A stretch of DNA of 64,000 nucleotides from Solirubrobacteraceae bacterium (GTDB lineage Bacteria; Actinomycetota; Thermoleophilia; Solirubrobacterales; Solirubrobacteraceae), in the NCBI GenBank assembly GCA_036267215.1, contig DATAWL010000057.1, forward strand, positions 12,102 through 76,101. The letters run 5' to 3'. The notes under the pieces are model-generated. The model was given only the letters and a program-made list of their open reading frames with translations, had not been told where the DNA came from and did not search any database. The number at the start of each line of letters is the position of its first letter. The first letter of the stretch is position 1. Of this stretch, positions 38,575 through 48,711 are shown in pieces. The translations under genes were made by a program, and so were the position numbers.

Positions 38575-39773
38575 TGGCCGGCGGCTGGTTCGAATCGGTG
38601 GCCGAGGCGCAGCGTCGCGCCAAACGGGTGCTGCCCGCGTCGGTGTACATGGCCATCTGGGCCGGCACGGACCGAGGACTGACGCTGAGGGACAACGTCG
38701 ACGCCTTCGGGGAGCTGGGGTTCGCGCCCCACGTCGCCGGGCTGAGCACCCAGCGGGATCTGTCGACGACGGTGATGGGTCAGACGATCGCGCTGCCGGT
38801 GATGATCTCTCCGACCGGGGTGCAGGCCGTGGACCCCGGCGGCGAAACGGCGGTCGCCCGGGCCGCCGCCAGCCGCGGGACCGCCGTCGGTCTGAGCTCG
38901 TTCGGCTCAAAACCCGTCGAGGAGGTGGTGGCGGCCAACCCGCAGACGTTCTTTCAGGTCTACTGGGCCGGATCGCGCCAGCGGATCCTCGAGCGCGTGG
39001 AACGCGCCCGGCGCGCCGGCGCCGTCGGGTTGATCGTCACCCTGGACTGGACGTTCTCCCACGGCCGCGACTGGGGCAGCCCGATCATCCCCGAGCAGCT
39101 CGACATCAAGACGATGCTGAAGGTCGGGCCCGAGACGCTGCTGGCGCCGCGCTGGCTGTACCGCTGGGCCCGGACCGGCCGCCCGCCGGACCTGACCGTC
39201 CCCAACATGGCCGCGCCCGGGGAGCCGGCGCCCACGTTCTTCGGCGCCTACGGCGAGTGGATGCAGACCAGCCTGCCCAGCTGGGAGGACCTGCGCTGGC
39301 TGCGCGAGCAGTGGGACGGCCCGTTCATGCTCAAGGGCGTGATGCGCGTCGACGACGCCAGGCGGGCGGCGGACATCGGGGTCAGCGCGATCTCCGTCTC
39401 CAACCACGGCGGCAACAACCTCGATGGGACGCCGGCCACCATCCGCGCGCTGCCCGCGATCGCGGAGGCGGTGGGCGATCGCGTCGAGGTCCTGCTCGAC
39501 GGCGGCATCCGCCGGGGCAGCGACGTGATCAAGGCGCTGGCGCTGGGCGCGCGGGCGGTCATGATCGGCCGCGCCTACCTGTGGGGGCTGGCCGCCAACG
39601 GGCAGGCCGGGGTCGAGAACGTGCTCGACATCCTCCGGGGCGGGATCGACTCGGCGCTGCTCGGGCTCGGACGGGCGTCGGTGGCGGACATCGCCCGCTC
39701 GGACCTGCTCATCCCCGACGGCTTCGAGCGCCGGCTGGGCGGCGCCGACACCAACGGCGCGGGCCCCCACTGA
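38574..39773 (+). CDS. mftD: Pre-mycofactocin synthase (FMN alpha-hydroxyacid oxidase family)
   Basis: WFESVAEAQRRAK, SHGRDWGSP, FFGAYGEWM, SNHGGNNLDG. Confidence 0.95.
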   Translation: MAGGWFESVAEAQRRAKRVLPASVYMAIWAGTDRGLTLRDNVDAFGELGFAPHVAGLSTQRDLSTTVMGQTIALPVMISPTGVQAVDPGGETAVARAAASRGTAVGLSSFGSKPVEEVVAANPQTFFQVYWAGSRQRILERVERARRAGAVGLIVTLDWTFSHGRDWGSPIIPEQLDIKTMLKVGPETLLAPRWLYRWARTGRPPDLTVPNMAAPGEPAPTFFGAYGEWMQTSLPSWEDLRWLREQWDGPFMLKGVMRVDDARRAADIGVSAISVSNHGGNNLDGTPATIRALPAIAEAVGDRVEVLLDGGIRRGSDVIKALALGARAVMIGRAYLWGLAANGQAGVENVLDILRGGIDSALLGLGRASVADIARSDLLIPDGFERRLGGADTNGAGPH

Positions 39774-39774
39774 C

Positions 39775-40458
39775 GTGCGGCTGGGGGCGTGCACCTCGCC
39801 GGACGTGCGCCGCCTGGCGCCATGCCGCCTGCTGCTGCCCCTCGGGGCCACCGAGCAGCACGGGCCCCACCTGCCGCTGGAGACCGACACGCTGATCGCC
39901 ACCGCGCTGGCCGATGCCGCCGCCGGCTCCCGGCCCGCCGTCGCCGTCGCCCCGGCCCTCCCGTATGGCGCCAGCGGCGAGCACGCGGGCTTTCCCGGCA
40001 CGCTGTCGCTGGGCCAGGCCGCGGTCGAGATGTCCATCGTCGAGCTCGTCCGCAGCGCCGACGGCTTCGCGGGCGTCACGCTCGTCTCCTGGCACGGCGG
40101 CAACGCCGAGCCGGTCGCGCGGGCGGTCGCCCGGCTGCGCGGCGAGGGCCGTGAGGTCCACGCCTGGGAGCCCGCGCTGAGCGGCGGCGACGCCCACGCC
40201 GGCCGCATCGAGACGTCGCTGATGCTGGCCATCGCCCCCGGCCGAGTCGGGCACCTGCGCCCGCTGGGCGCGACGCGGCCCGTCGCGCAGCTGATGCCCG
40301 TGCTGCGCGAACATGGGGTCGCCGCCGTCTCCCCCAACGGTGTCCTCGGCGACGCGCGCGAGGCCACCCGCGCGGAGGGCGAGGCCCTGCTGGGCGCGCT
40401 GACCGCCGACCTGGGCGCCTTCCTGGACGCCACGCGGCCGGCGGGCGTGGCCGGATGA
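39775..40458 (+). CDS. mftE: Mycofactocin creatininase-family peptidase
   Basis: GATEQHGPHLPLETD, GASGEH, HGGN, DAHAGRIETS. Confidence 0.92.
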   Translation: MRLGACTSPDVRRLAPCRLLLPLGATEQHGPHLPLETDTLIATALADAAAGSRPAVAVAPALPYGASGEHAGFPGTLSLGQAAVEMSIVELVRSADGFAGVTLVSWHGGNAEPVARAVARLRGEGREVHAWEPALSGGDAHAGRIETSLMLAIAPGRVGHLRPLGATRPVAQLMPVLREHGVAAVSPNGVLGDAREATRAEGEALLGALTADLGAFLDATRPAGVAG

Positions 40459-41918
40459 GCGCCCCGCCAGGGGGCCGGGCGGCGCCCCGGCGGCCGGCCG
40501 AGCCGCCGCGCGAGCCGCCGGCCGAGCTGCCGGTCGCGCTGACTCCGGGCGTGCGCGTGCTTTCACAGGGACGGGTCCTGCTCGGACATGGCTCCCCCGC
40601 CCGGCTGATGCTGCTGACCGAGGCCGGCGCCCGCGCCGTGGACGGCTGGCGGCGGTGCGCGCCGGTCGGCGCCGGTGCGCCCCGGGGACGGCTGGCCCGG
40701 CGACTGCTGGACGCCGGGATCCTCACCCCCCACCCCCGGCCGGCCGCGTCGACGGCTCAGCTGACCGTCGTCGTGCCCGTGCGCGACCGGCCCGCCCAGC
40801 TCACGCGCTGCCTGGACGCGATCCGCGCCGCCTGTCCGGAGTCGCCGGTGATCGTCGTCGACGACGGATCGATCGCGGCGGAGGCGGTCGCGGAGGTCTG
40901 CGCAGCCGGGGGGGTCCGCGTGATCCAGCGTCGCGGCTGCGGCGGCCCGGCGGCCGCCCGCAACGACGGGCTGGCGGTCTGCACCACCCCGTTCGTGGCC
41001 TTCGTCGACTCCGACGTCGTGCTCGGCGCCGGCGTCGCCCACCGGCTGCTCGGACACCTCGCCGATCCGGCGCTGGGCGCGGTCGCCCCGCGGGTGCGCG
41101 CGCTGGAGCCGAGCGCCGGGATCATCGGCGGCTACGAGCGGCGGCACTCGGCGCTGGACATGGGCGCGACCGGCGGCCTGGTGGCGCCGGGCACCGCCCG
41201 GGCCTACGTGCCCAGCACCGTCCTGTTCGTCCGGCGCGACGCGGTCGGAGCCGGGTTCGATCCGTCGCTGCGCGCCGGCGAGGACGTCGATCTGGTGTGG
41301 CGGCTGTGCGCCGCCGGCTGGCGCGTGCGCTACGCCGCCGAGGTCGACGTCCACCACGAGCACCGAGCCGGGCTGCGAGCGTTCGTCGGCGTGCGGCGAC
41401 GGTACGCCCGCTCGGTCGGCACCCTGGCCCGCCGCCATCCCGCCGCGCTGCCGGCGATGTGGGTCAGCCCGGCGGTCGCGGTCCCGTGGGCGCTGACGCT
41501 CGCCGGGCGTCCGCGAGCGGCCCTGATGGCCGCCGGCTGGGCGACGGCGCGCCGCGGCGAGCGGCTGCGGCGCTTCCCGGGGCGGCCGTACGGCCTGGCG
41601 GCGGCGACGATGGCCCGCGGGCTGACCGGCACCGGGTCGGCCCTGGCGCGGGCCGCCCGGCGGCCGTGGGCGCCCCCGCTGCTCCTGCTGGCCGCGCGCG
41701 ACCGGCGCGTGGCGTGGGCCCTGGCCGTCGCCTTCGCCGCCCCGCTGGTGCAGGACGCGCTCGCCACCCGCGATCCCCGCGCGGTGGCCGGCGACGTGCC
41801 GCTGCGACTGCTCGAGGAGCTGGTGGCCGCGTCAGCGACCTGGGAGGGCTGCCTGCGCGCTCGCACAGTGCGGCCCCTGCTGCCGTCGTGGCGGCCCGTC
41901 GGCGCGGTGGCGGCATGA
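40455..41918 (+). CDS. mftF: Mycofactocin glycosyltransferase (GT2)
   Basis: GSPARL, VVVPVRDR, VDDGS, FVDSD, SALDMG, GEDVDLVWRL. Confidence 0.92.
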   Translation: MSAPPGGRAAPRRPAEPPREPPAELPVALTPGVRVLSQGRVLLGHGSPARLMLLTEAGARAVDGWRRCAPVGAGAPRGRLARRLLDAGILTPHPRPAASTAQLTVVVPVRDRPAQLTRCLDAIRAACPESPVIVVDDGSIAAEAVAEVCAAGGVRVIQRRGCGGPAAARNDGLAVCTTPFVAFVDSDVVLGAGVAHRLLGHLADPALGAVAPRVRALEPSAGIIGGYERRHSALDMGATGGLVAPGTARAYVPSTVLFVRRDAVGAGFDPSLRAGEDVDLVWRLCAAGWRVRYAAEVDVHHEHRAGLRAFVGVRRRYARSVGTLARRHPAALPAMWVSPAVAVPWALTLAGRPRAALMAAGWATARRGERLRRFPGRPYGLAAATMARGLTGTGSALARAARRPWAPPLLLLAARDRRVAWALAVAFAAPLVQDALATRDPRAVAGDVPLRLLEELVAASATWEGCLRARTVRPLLPSWRPVGAVAA

Positions 41919-42715
41919 CGCGCGTCGCGGTGGTGACCGGCGCCGCCCGCGGGATCGGCGCCGCGACCGTGACCGGCCTGGCCGCCGCCGGCTGGAGCGT
42001 CGTGGCCCTCGACCGGTGCCGGGACGACCCCCGGCTGCCCTACCGTCTCGGCACCGAGGCCGAGCTGGCCGCCGTCGTGCAGGCGGCCCAGGGCGCCGGC
42101 GAGTCCGGGGATCGCGTGCGCGCGATGGTGGGCGACGCGACCGTCGCGGCCGACATGGAACGCGCCGTCCAGACCGCTCAGGACGCCTTCGGCGGCGTCG
42201 ACGCGATGATCGCCGTCGCCGGCGTCATCGCCGGCGGGGTCCCGCTGTGGGAGATGCCGGCCCCGCAGCAGGACGCGGTGCTCGACGTCAACCTGCGCTC
42301 GGTGCTGGTGGCCGCCCAGACCGGGATCCCGGCGCTCCTGCGCCGGCCGCAGCCGCGGAGCGGCCGCTTCGTGGCGGTGGCGTCGGCGGCGGCGACGCGG
42401 GGGCTGCCGATGCTCGCCGCCTACTGCGCGGCCAAGGCGGGTGTCACCGGGCTGATCCGCGCGCTGGCGGTCGAGCTGCGCGGAACCGGCGTGACCGCCA
42501 ACGCCGTCTCGCCCGGGTCGACCGCCACCCCGATCCTCGACGAGAGCGCCCGCCTCTACCGCCTGGAGTCCGCGGAGGCCTTCTCCGGCCAGCAGCCGAT
42601 CGAGCGGCTGATCCGGCCCGAGGAGGTGGCTCAGACGATCGTCTGGCTGTCCGACGAGCGCACCGGAGCGGTAACCGGAGCGACCGTTCCGGTCGACGGC
42701 GGCCTGTCGCTCTAG
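41915..42715 (+). CDS. Mycofactocin-coupled SDR oxidoreductase
   Basis: TGAARGIG, DRCRDDPRLPYRLGTEAEL insertion, YCAAK, SARLYRL; directly follows mftF. Confidence 0.88.
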   Translation: MTRVAVVTGAARGIGAATVTGLAAAGWSVVALDRCRDDPRLPYRLGTEAELAAVVQAAQGAGESGDRVRAMVGDATVAADMERAVQTAQDAFGGVDAMIAVAGVIAGGVPLWEMPAPQQDAVLDVNLRSVLVAAQTGIPALLRRPQPRSGRFVAVASAAATRGLPMLAAYCAAKAGVTGLIRALAVELRGTGVTANAVSPGSTATPILDESARLYRLESAEAFSGQQPIERLIRPEEVAQTIVWLSDERTGAVTGATVPVDGGLSL

Positions 42716-42944
42716 AGGCTCCGCAACCGGCCTCGGCGCGCTTTTGTGCACTCGTGGTCAAAAGTTGGTTCGCTCCCGAACAAGTCGCTTGAGTTTTGCT
42801 TGACCTCGCCCCGGGCCGTCGTAATGATGGCCGGCAGTCGCGACACGATCACGCCACCAGGCGATGCGTCGTTGCTTTGAGGCAGAAGGGACCAGAAGCC
42901 TCGACGTACCCGCCTGCTGGACCGTCAGGGAGAGCGAGGAGACA

Positions 42945-44639
42945 ATGGCGGTGTTCAAGGCACCCGTAGTTCGACGGCAGCCTGTTGAGGCGCTGCCGAG
43001 CAGTCGTTGCGCACGAGGGCGACGGCTCGCCGCAGTTCTGGCGGCCGCCGCGGCGTGTCTGGGAGTCGCGGCCTGTGGGAGCTCGTCGAACTCCAAGAGC
43101 TCGAGCAGCAGCCCGGCGAGCGCCAGCGCCTCGTCGAGCGCGACCAGCTCGGCTCCGGCCGGCACGCCCCACGCGGGCGGGTCGCTGACCGCACTCGAGA
43201 GCGCGGGCTACTCCGGTGACTGGCCGGCCGGGCTGGACCCGGCGACCAACGTCAACGACGCCGCCAACCAGGACCAGATGAGCGCCATCTTCGGCGTGCT
43301 GTGGGAGCTGAACACGAAGGGCGCGCTCACCCCGGATCTGGCCACCGGCTACAAGTTCTCGGCCGGCGGCAAAAACGTCACGATCACGCTCCGTCCCGGT
43401 GTGAAGTTCTCCGACGGCACCCCGTTCAACGCTCAGGCCGTCGTCTTCAACTGGAAACGCGACCTGGCGTCACCGTGTACCTGCAAGCCGACGAACTTCA
43501 CGGTCAAGTCGATCACGGCGCCGAGCCCGACCACGGTGGTGGTCAACCTCGCCACTCCGGACGGCGCCTTCATCAATCAGCTGCAGGACGCCAACTTCTC
43601 CTGGATCGCGTCGCCGACGGCGATCAAGAAGATGGGCGAGCAGGCGTTCAAGCTCAAGCCGGTCGGCGCGGGCCCGTTCACCGTGGTGAGCGACACGCTG
43701 AACAACTCGCTGGTGCTCAAGAAAAACCCCGCCTACTGGGAGAGCGGGCATCCGTACCTGGACCAGCTGACGTTCAAGACGACGGCCAGTGACGAGAGTG
43801 CGCTGGAGGCGATGCAGGCCGGGCAGGGCCAGGCCTACATGGGCATGAGCTCGCCGCAGCTCCTCAACTCGTACAAGTCGAAGTTCACGGTCGCCACCGT
43901 CCCGTCGACGTCGCCATACGACATCCAGTTGAACACCTCGATTCCCCCGTTCAACAATCTCAAGGCCCGCGAAGCGATCTATTACGCCACCGACGCGTCG
44001 CTGATCGACCAGAAGCTGTTCGGCAACGTCAACCCCGTGGGGCAGTCGTTCACGGCCCCGGCAGGCCTGTTCTATGAGCAGAACGTGCCCGGGTACCCGA
44101 CGTACGACCTGGCCAAGGCCAAGTCAATCGTGAAGTCGCTCGGGGGCCTGACGATCAACTTCTTCACCATTCAGCAGCCCGCCACGACGAACTTCATGGA
44201 GGCGCTGCAGTCGATGTGGAAGCAAGCCGGGATCAACGCCTCGATTCATTTCTATCCGCTCGCCGGCCTGATCCAGCAGTTCGACACCAAGAAGTGGCAG
44301 ATCGCGCTGCAGACCGCGGGTGCGTGGGACCCGGCCGGCGGCGTCGGTCTCGCGTTCCGCTTCCTGTCGGCGTCCCCGTTCAGCGGGGTGCACGATCCGC
44401 ACCTGGATTCGCTCATCCTCGGGGGCCAGGGGGCGATCAGTCCGACGACGCGGAAATCCATGTACGACCAGGCGGCGGCGTACATCGCCAAGAACGCCTA
44501 CGGTCCGTTCCTGTTCCCTCTCGCGAACTGGAACATCGCGGGGCATGGGGTGCAGGGCGCCGGCCTGACGACACCGATCCCGCCGGTCGCGGTCAACGGG
44601 CCCGTGCTGTGGGAGGACGTCTCGACATCCTCCTCGTGA
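42945..44639 (+). CDS. ABC substrate-binding lipoprotein, family 5
   Basis: GAGGAG RBS; VAAC lipobox plus Ser-rich linker; LRPGVKFSDGTPF, PVGAGPF. Confidence 0.92.
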   Translation: MAVFKAPVVRRQPVEALPSSRCARGRRLAAVLAAAAACLGVAACGSSSNSKSSSSSPASASASSSATSSAPAGTPHAGGSLTALESAGYSGDWPAGLDPATNVNDAANQDQMSAIFGVLWELNTKGALTPDLATGYKFSAGGKNVTITLRPGVKFSDGTPFNAQAVVFNWKRDLASPCTCKPTNFTVKSITAPSPTTVVVNLATPDGAFINQLQDANFSWIASPTAIKKMGEQAFKLKPVGAGPFTVVSDTLNNSLVLKKNPAYWESGHPYLDQLTFKTTASDESALEAMQAGQGQAYMGMSSPQLLNSYKSKFTVATVPSTSPYDIQLNTSIPPFNNLKAREAIYYATDASLIDQKLFGNVNPVGQSFTAPAGLFYEQNVPGYPTYDLAKAKSIVKSLGGLTINFFTIQQPATTNFMEALQSMWKQAGINASIHFYPLAGLIQQFDTKKWQIALQTAGAWDPAGGVGLAFRFLSASPFSGVHDPHLDSLILGGQGAISPTTRKSMYDQAAAYIAKNAYGPFLFPLANWNIAGHGVQGAGLTTPIPPVAVNGPVLWEDVSTSSS

Positions 44640-44661
44640 TCCGTCAGCCGGTCTGTGAGGC

Positions 44662-45699
44662 ATGAGTAGCTCGGCGTCAGCGCCCCTGCAAGCCCCTGTG
44701 CGAGGGGTGCAGGCGGGGGCGCTCAGCCGGGTCGCCAGCTCCCCCACGCTGCGATTCATCGGCCGTCGGCTGCTGACCGCGGTCCCGGTGCTGTGGGGCC
44801 TGACGCTGGCGACATTCATCGTGATGAACGCGCTGCCAGGCGACGCGGCGCAGGAGCTGCTGGGTGCGAGCGCCACCCCGGCGGAGATCCATCAGCTGTC
44901 GGTCAAGCTCGGGCTCGACAAGCCGTTCATCACCCGGTACCTGGACTGGCTGCACGGGCTGGTCACCGGTCATCTCGGCACGTCGCTGGCCAGCGGTCAG
45001 AGCGTCGCGTCGATTCTGCGCAGCGACCTGCCGGTCACCTTCGAGCTGCTCGCGTACGCGTTCGTCATCTCGCTCGGGATCGCCGTTCCGGTCGCCCTGC
45101 TGGCGGCACGCCGTCCCAACGGGATCTTCGACCGAGTGAGCATGGTGCTGAGCATGGCCGGCCTGTCGCTCGCCAACTACATCCTGGCGCTCGTGCTCGT
45201 GTACTTCTTCGCCGTCAAACTCAACTGGCTACCGGCGTTGGGGTGGGCGCCGCCCGACCAGGGCTTCGCGAACAACATCAAGTATCTGACGATGCCGGCG
45301 GTTTCGATCGCCCTGTCGCTGCTGTGTTTCTATGCCCGGCTGCTGCGAGCCGACCTGGTGGAGCAGATGCGCGAGGACTACGTCGTGACGGCCCGGGCCA
45401 AGGGGGTGGGACAGTGGCGCATCCTCCTGCGCCACGCGCTGCGTAACTCCGTGTTCGGCCTGATCACCGTGGTGGCGCTCAACCTGGGAACGCTGCTGGG
45501 CGCGACGGTCGTCATCGAGCAGATCTTTGGTCTGCCCGGGATCGGCCACGAGCTGCTCTCGGCGATCGGCAATCGCGATGTTCCGGTGGTGGAGGGCACC
45601 GTGGTGGTGTTCGGCGTGATCACAGTGTTGGCGAACCTGCTGGCCGATCTCCTGTACGCGACGCTTGACCCGAGGGTGCGATATGGCACCGCCGGCTGA
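44662..45699 (+). CDS. ABC permease (DppB-like)
   Basis: DYVVTARAKG, HALRN, FGLPGIG, LDPRVR. Confidence 0.92.
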   Translation: MSSSASAPLQAPVRGVQAGALSRVASSPTLRFIGRRLLTAVPVLWGLTLATFIVMNALPGDAAQELLGASATPAEIHQLSVKLGLDKPFITRYLDWLHGLVTGHLGTSLASGQSVASILRSDLPVTFELLAYAFVISLGIAVPVALLAARRPNGIFDRVSMVLSMAGLSLANYILALVLVYFFAVKLNWLPALGWAPPDQGFANNIKYLTMPAVSIALSLLCFYARLLRADLVEQMREDYVVTARAKGVGQWRILLRHALRNSVFGLITVVALNLGTLLGATVVIEQIFGLPGIGHELLSAIGNRDVPVVEGTVVVFGVITVLANLLADLLYATLDPRVRYGTAG

Positions 45700-46576
45700 C
45701 ATCACCGCCGTCCCCAGCGTGCTCGAGCCGGTGGCCGTCGTTCCCGCCGCCGGCCGCCCCCGGGGCAGGCTACGGTCGCTGGTCGGGATCGGCGTGCCCA
45801 GTGTGCTGCTGATCCTCATCTTCGGCCTGTGCTTCGTGTGGCCACTCATCGGACCGGTCCCCCCGCCGACCGGCGGCAACATCCTGAACTCCAACCTGCC
45901 CTCGTTCTCACCCGGGCATCTGCTGGGAACCGACGCCACCGGCAACGACGAATGGTCGCGGCTGCTGTATGGCGGCCGGGCATCGCTGGAGGTTGCGCTG
46001 GCCGTCAACGCCATCGGACTGGTGCTGGGCGGCCTGCTGGGCGCGGTCGCCGCCTATATGGGCGGCTGGCGCGACGGCGTGATCATGCGCATTCTCGACG
46101 TGCTGATCGCCTTTCCATCCCTCGTGCTCGCGCTGGCCATCGCCGAGGGGCTCGGTCCGAGCGAGCTGCACGCCATCTGGGCGCTGTGCTTCTTCAGCAT
46201 CCCGGCATTCGCCCGGATCGCCCGGGCGGCGACGCTGCGGGTGCGCGAGCAGAACTACGTCGTCGCCGCGGGGCTCTCGGGCACCGGCCATGTGCGCACG
46301 GTGCTGCGCCATATCGCCCCCAACATCGTGCCCCAGCTGATCACGTTCGCCTTCCTGGGCATGGGCATCACGATCGTCCTGGAGGGGGCGCTCAGCTTTC
46401 TCGGCCTGGGAATTCCGCTCCCCGCTCCGAGCTGGGGCAACATGATCGCTCAAGGCGAGGGCATCCTGTCGGCGGCGCCGAAGTTCACGATGTTGCCCAG
46501 CGCCGCCCTGTTCATCACCGTGATCGCCTTCAACCTGCTCGGCGACGCACTCCGAGAGCGCTGGGGTAGCCGATGA
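45683..46576 (+). CDS. ABC permease (DppC-like)
   Basis: HLLGTDATGND, HIAPN, LSFLGLG, PSWGNMI. Confidence 0.92.
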   Translation: MAPPADITAVPSVLEPVAVVPAAGRPRGRLRSLVGIGVPSVLLILIFGLCFVWPLIGPVPPPTGGNILNSNLPSFSPGHLLGTDATGNDEWSRLLYGGRASLEVALAVNAIGLVLGGLLGAVAAYMGGWRDGVIMRILDVLIAFPSLVLALAIAEGLGPSELHAIWALCFFSIPAFARIARAATLRVREQNYVVAAGLSGTGHVRTVLRHIAPNIVPQLITFAFLGMGITIVLEGALSFLGLGIPLPAPSWGNMIAQGEGILSAAPKFTMLPSAALFITVIAFNLLGDALRERWGSR

Positions 46577-47619
46577 GCGCGAACGGCTTCCTCCCGGCTC
46601 GTGCCGGCCATCTGGCGGGCGAAACGCGGCCCGGCGCCGACGCGCCACTGCTGGCGATCGACGATCTCCGGGTGGACTTCCACCAGGGCCAGCGCGTCGT
46701 CCGGGCCGTCGACGGCCTCGGCTATGAGGTGGGTCGCGCCCGGACGGTGGCCCTGATCGGGGAGTCGGGCTCGGGTAAGACGGTCAGCTCTCGCGCGATC
46801 ATGGGCCTGCTGCCCCCCACGGCTCACGTGCGCGGCTCAATCCGGTTCGAGGGCCAGGAGCTCGTCGGGCTGTCCGAGCAGGAGCTCCGGCCCCTACGGG
46901 GGGGCGAGATCGCGATGGTCTTCCAGGATCCCAGCCGGTCGTTGAATCCGACCATGCGGATCGGCGCACAGATCGTCGAGACGATCCGGATGCATGGAGA
47001 CATGGCGCGACCGGCGGCACTCGATCGCGCCGCCGAGCTCATGGAGCTGGTGCGACTGCCGGCCGCCCGCGAGCGCCTGCGACAGTACCCCCACCAACTC
47101 TCGGGCGGGATGCGCCAGCGCGTGATGATCGCCATCGCGCTCGCGGCCGGTCCCAAGCTGCTGATCGCAGACGAGGCCACCACGGCGCTCGACGTGACCA
47201 CCCAGGCCCAGATCATGGAACTCCTGCACGATCTCCAGCGGCGGCTCGGGATGGCCCTCATCATGATCAGCCACGACCTCGGCCTCGCGGCCAGCTTCGC
47301 CGACGAGGTACTGGTGATGTACGCCGGACGGGCGGTCGAGCAGGCGCCGACGCGCAAGCTGTTCGCCGAGGTGCGCATGCCCTACACGCGCGCCCTGCTG
47401 GACGCGATCCCCCGGCTGGAGAACCCGCCGCACGCCAGCCTGGCCGCGGTTCCCGGCCAACCGCCCGACCTCGCCGCGGAGCATGTCGGGTGCCCGTTCG
47501 CTCCGCGTTGCCCGGACGCGAGCAATCGGTGCCGGGAGGCCGCGCCTCCGTTCGCGGAACAGGAGCCCGGCCATCTGTGGGCGTGCTGGCATCCCTGCGG
47601 AGTCCAGGCGCCGTCGTGA
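46573..47619 (+). CDS. ABC ATPase (DppD-like)
   Basis: GESGSGKT, LSGGMRQR, DEATT, CPFAPRC. Confidence 0.92.
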   Translation: MSANGFLPARAGHLAGETRPGADAPLLAIDDLRVDFHQGQRVVRAVDGLGYEVGRARTVALIGESGSGKTVSSRAIMGLLPPTAHVRGSIRFEGQELVGLSEQELRPLRGGEIAMVFQDPSRSLNPTMRIGAQIVETIRMHGDMARPAALDRAAELMELVRLPAARERLRQYPHQLSGGMRQRVMIAIALAAGPKLLIADEATTALDVTTQAQIMELLHDLQRRLGMALIMISHDLGLAASFADEVLVMYAGRAVEQAPTRKLFAEVRMPYTRALLDAIPRLENPPHASLAAVPGQPPDLAAEHVGCPFAPRCPDASNRCREAAPPFAEQEPGHLWACWHPCGVQAPS

Positions 47620-48692
47620 CCGGGGACCCCAACATCCGCAACGTGGCCGGCGCCGGCCTAGCCGCCGCCGAGCGGGACCCGCTGCTCGAGGTCCGCGACG
47701 TGGTGCAGGAGTTCACCGTCCGTGACCGCGGCGGGGCCAAGGCCGGAACGGTGCATGCCGTCTCCGGCGTCTCCTTCTCCCTGGCGGCCGGAGAGACCCT
47801 GGGTCTGGTCGGCGAGACCGGATCCGGGAAATCAACGCTGGCGCGCGCCCTGCTCCAGGCACCCGGACCGAAGCGGGGCTCGGTCCGCTTCCGCGGAACC
47901 GAGCTCGTCGGACTCAAGCGACGGCAACTGCAGGAAGCGCGGCGCCACATCCAGATGGTCTTCCAGGATCCGTTCAGCTCGCTGGACCCGACGTGGCGGG
48001 TCGGAGAGCTGGTCGCGGAGCCCCTGGTCGCCTTCAAGGTCGGCACCGCCGCGCAACGGCGCCGGCGAGTGGAGGAACTGCTCGATCGCGTCGGGCTCGA
48101 TCCCGCGCGCTACATCGACCGCCGGCCGCGCGAGCTCTCCGGCGGGCAGGCTCAGCGCGTGGCGATCGCCCGCGCGCTGGCGATCGACCCGGCCCTGATC
48201 ATCTACGACGAGGCGGTCTCGTCGCTCGACGTCCTGATCCGGGCGCAGGTGCTCAACCTGCTGGAGCGGCTGCGGGCAGAACTGGGACTCACCTATCTAT
48301 TCATCGCGCACGACCTGGCGCTGGTCAAGCAGGTGTCCGACCGCGTTGCCGTCATGTACCTGGGCAAGCTGGTCGAGCTGGGCCCGGCGGAGTCCTTGTA
48401 CCGGGAGCCGCTTCACCCGTACACGGTTGCGCTGCTGGCCTCCATCCCCAGCCCCGACCCGACCGTCCGGCCCGAGCCGGTCGGCAAGGCCATCAGGGGC
48501 GAGCCGCCGTCGCCGATCGACCCGCCCAGCGGCTGCCGCTTTCGCACGCGCTGTCCCCGGGCCCAGGATATCTGCGCCACCGAGGAACCCCCGCTGCGCG
48601 AGCTCGCCGAGGGCCATCAGGCCGCGTGTCACTTCCCGGTCACCACCGACGTCCCCGCGCCCGCGGTCGCCCGCGAGCCGGCCGCGAGTTGA
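47616..48692 (+). CDS. ABC ATPase (DppF-like)
   Basis: [33 protein letters not shown]. Confidence 0.92.
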   Translation: MTGDPNIRNVAGAGLAAAERDPLLEVRDVVQEFTVRDRGGAKAGTVHAVSGVSFSLAAGETLGLVGETGSGKSTLARALLQAPGPKRGSVRFRGTELVGLKRRQLQEARRHIQMVFQDPFSSLDPTWRVGELVAEPLVAFKVGTAAQRRRRVEELLDRVGLDPARYIDRRPRELSGGQAQRVAIARALAIDPALIIYDEAVSSLDVLIRAQVLNLLERLRAELGLTYLFIAHDLALVKQVSDRVAVMYLGKLVELGPAESLYREPLHPYTVALLASIPSPDPTVRPEPVGKAIRGEPPSPIDPPSGCRFRTRCPRAQDICATEEPPLRELAEGHQAACHFPVTTDVPAPAVAREPAAS

Positions 48693-48711
48693 GCGAGCAA
48701 AGGAGAACCCC

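Noticed and set aside
42800-42828. Sigma-70-type promoter TTGACC...TAATGAT
   Set aside because: The -35 is good, but no TAnnnT -10 falls at 16-18 bp spacing, so it is not supportable.
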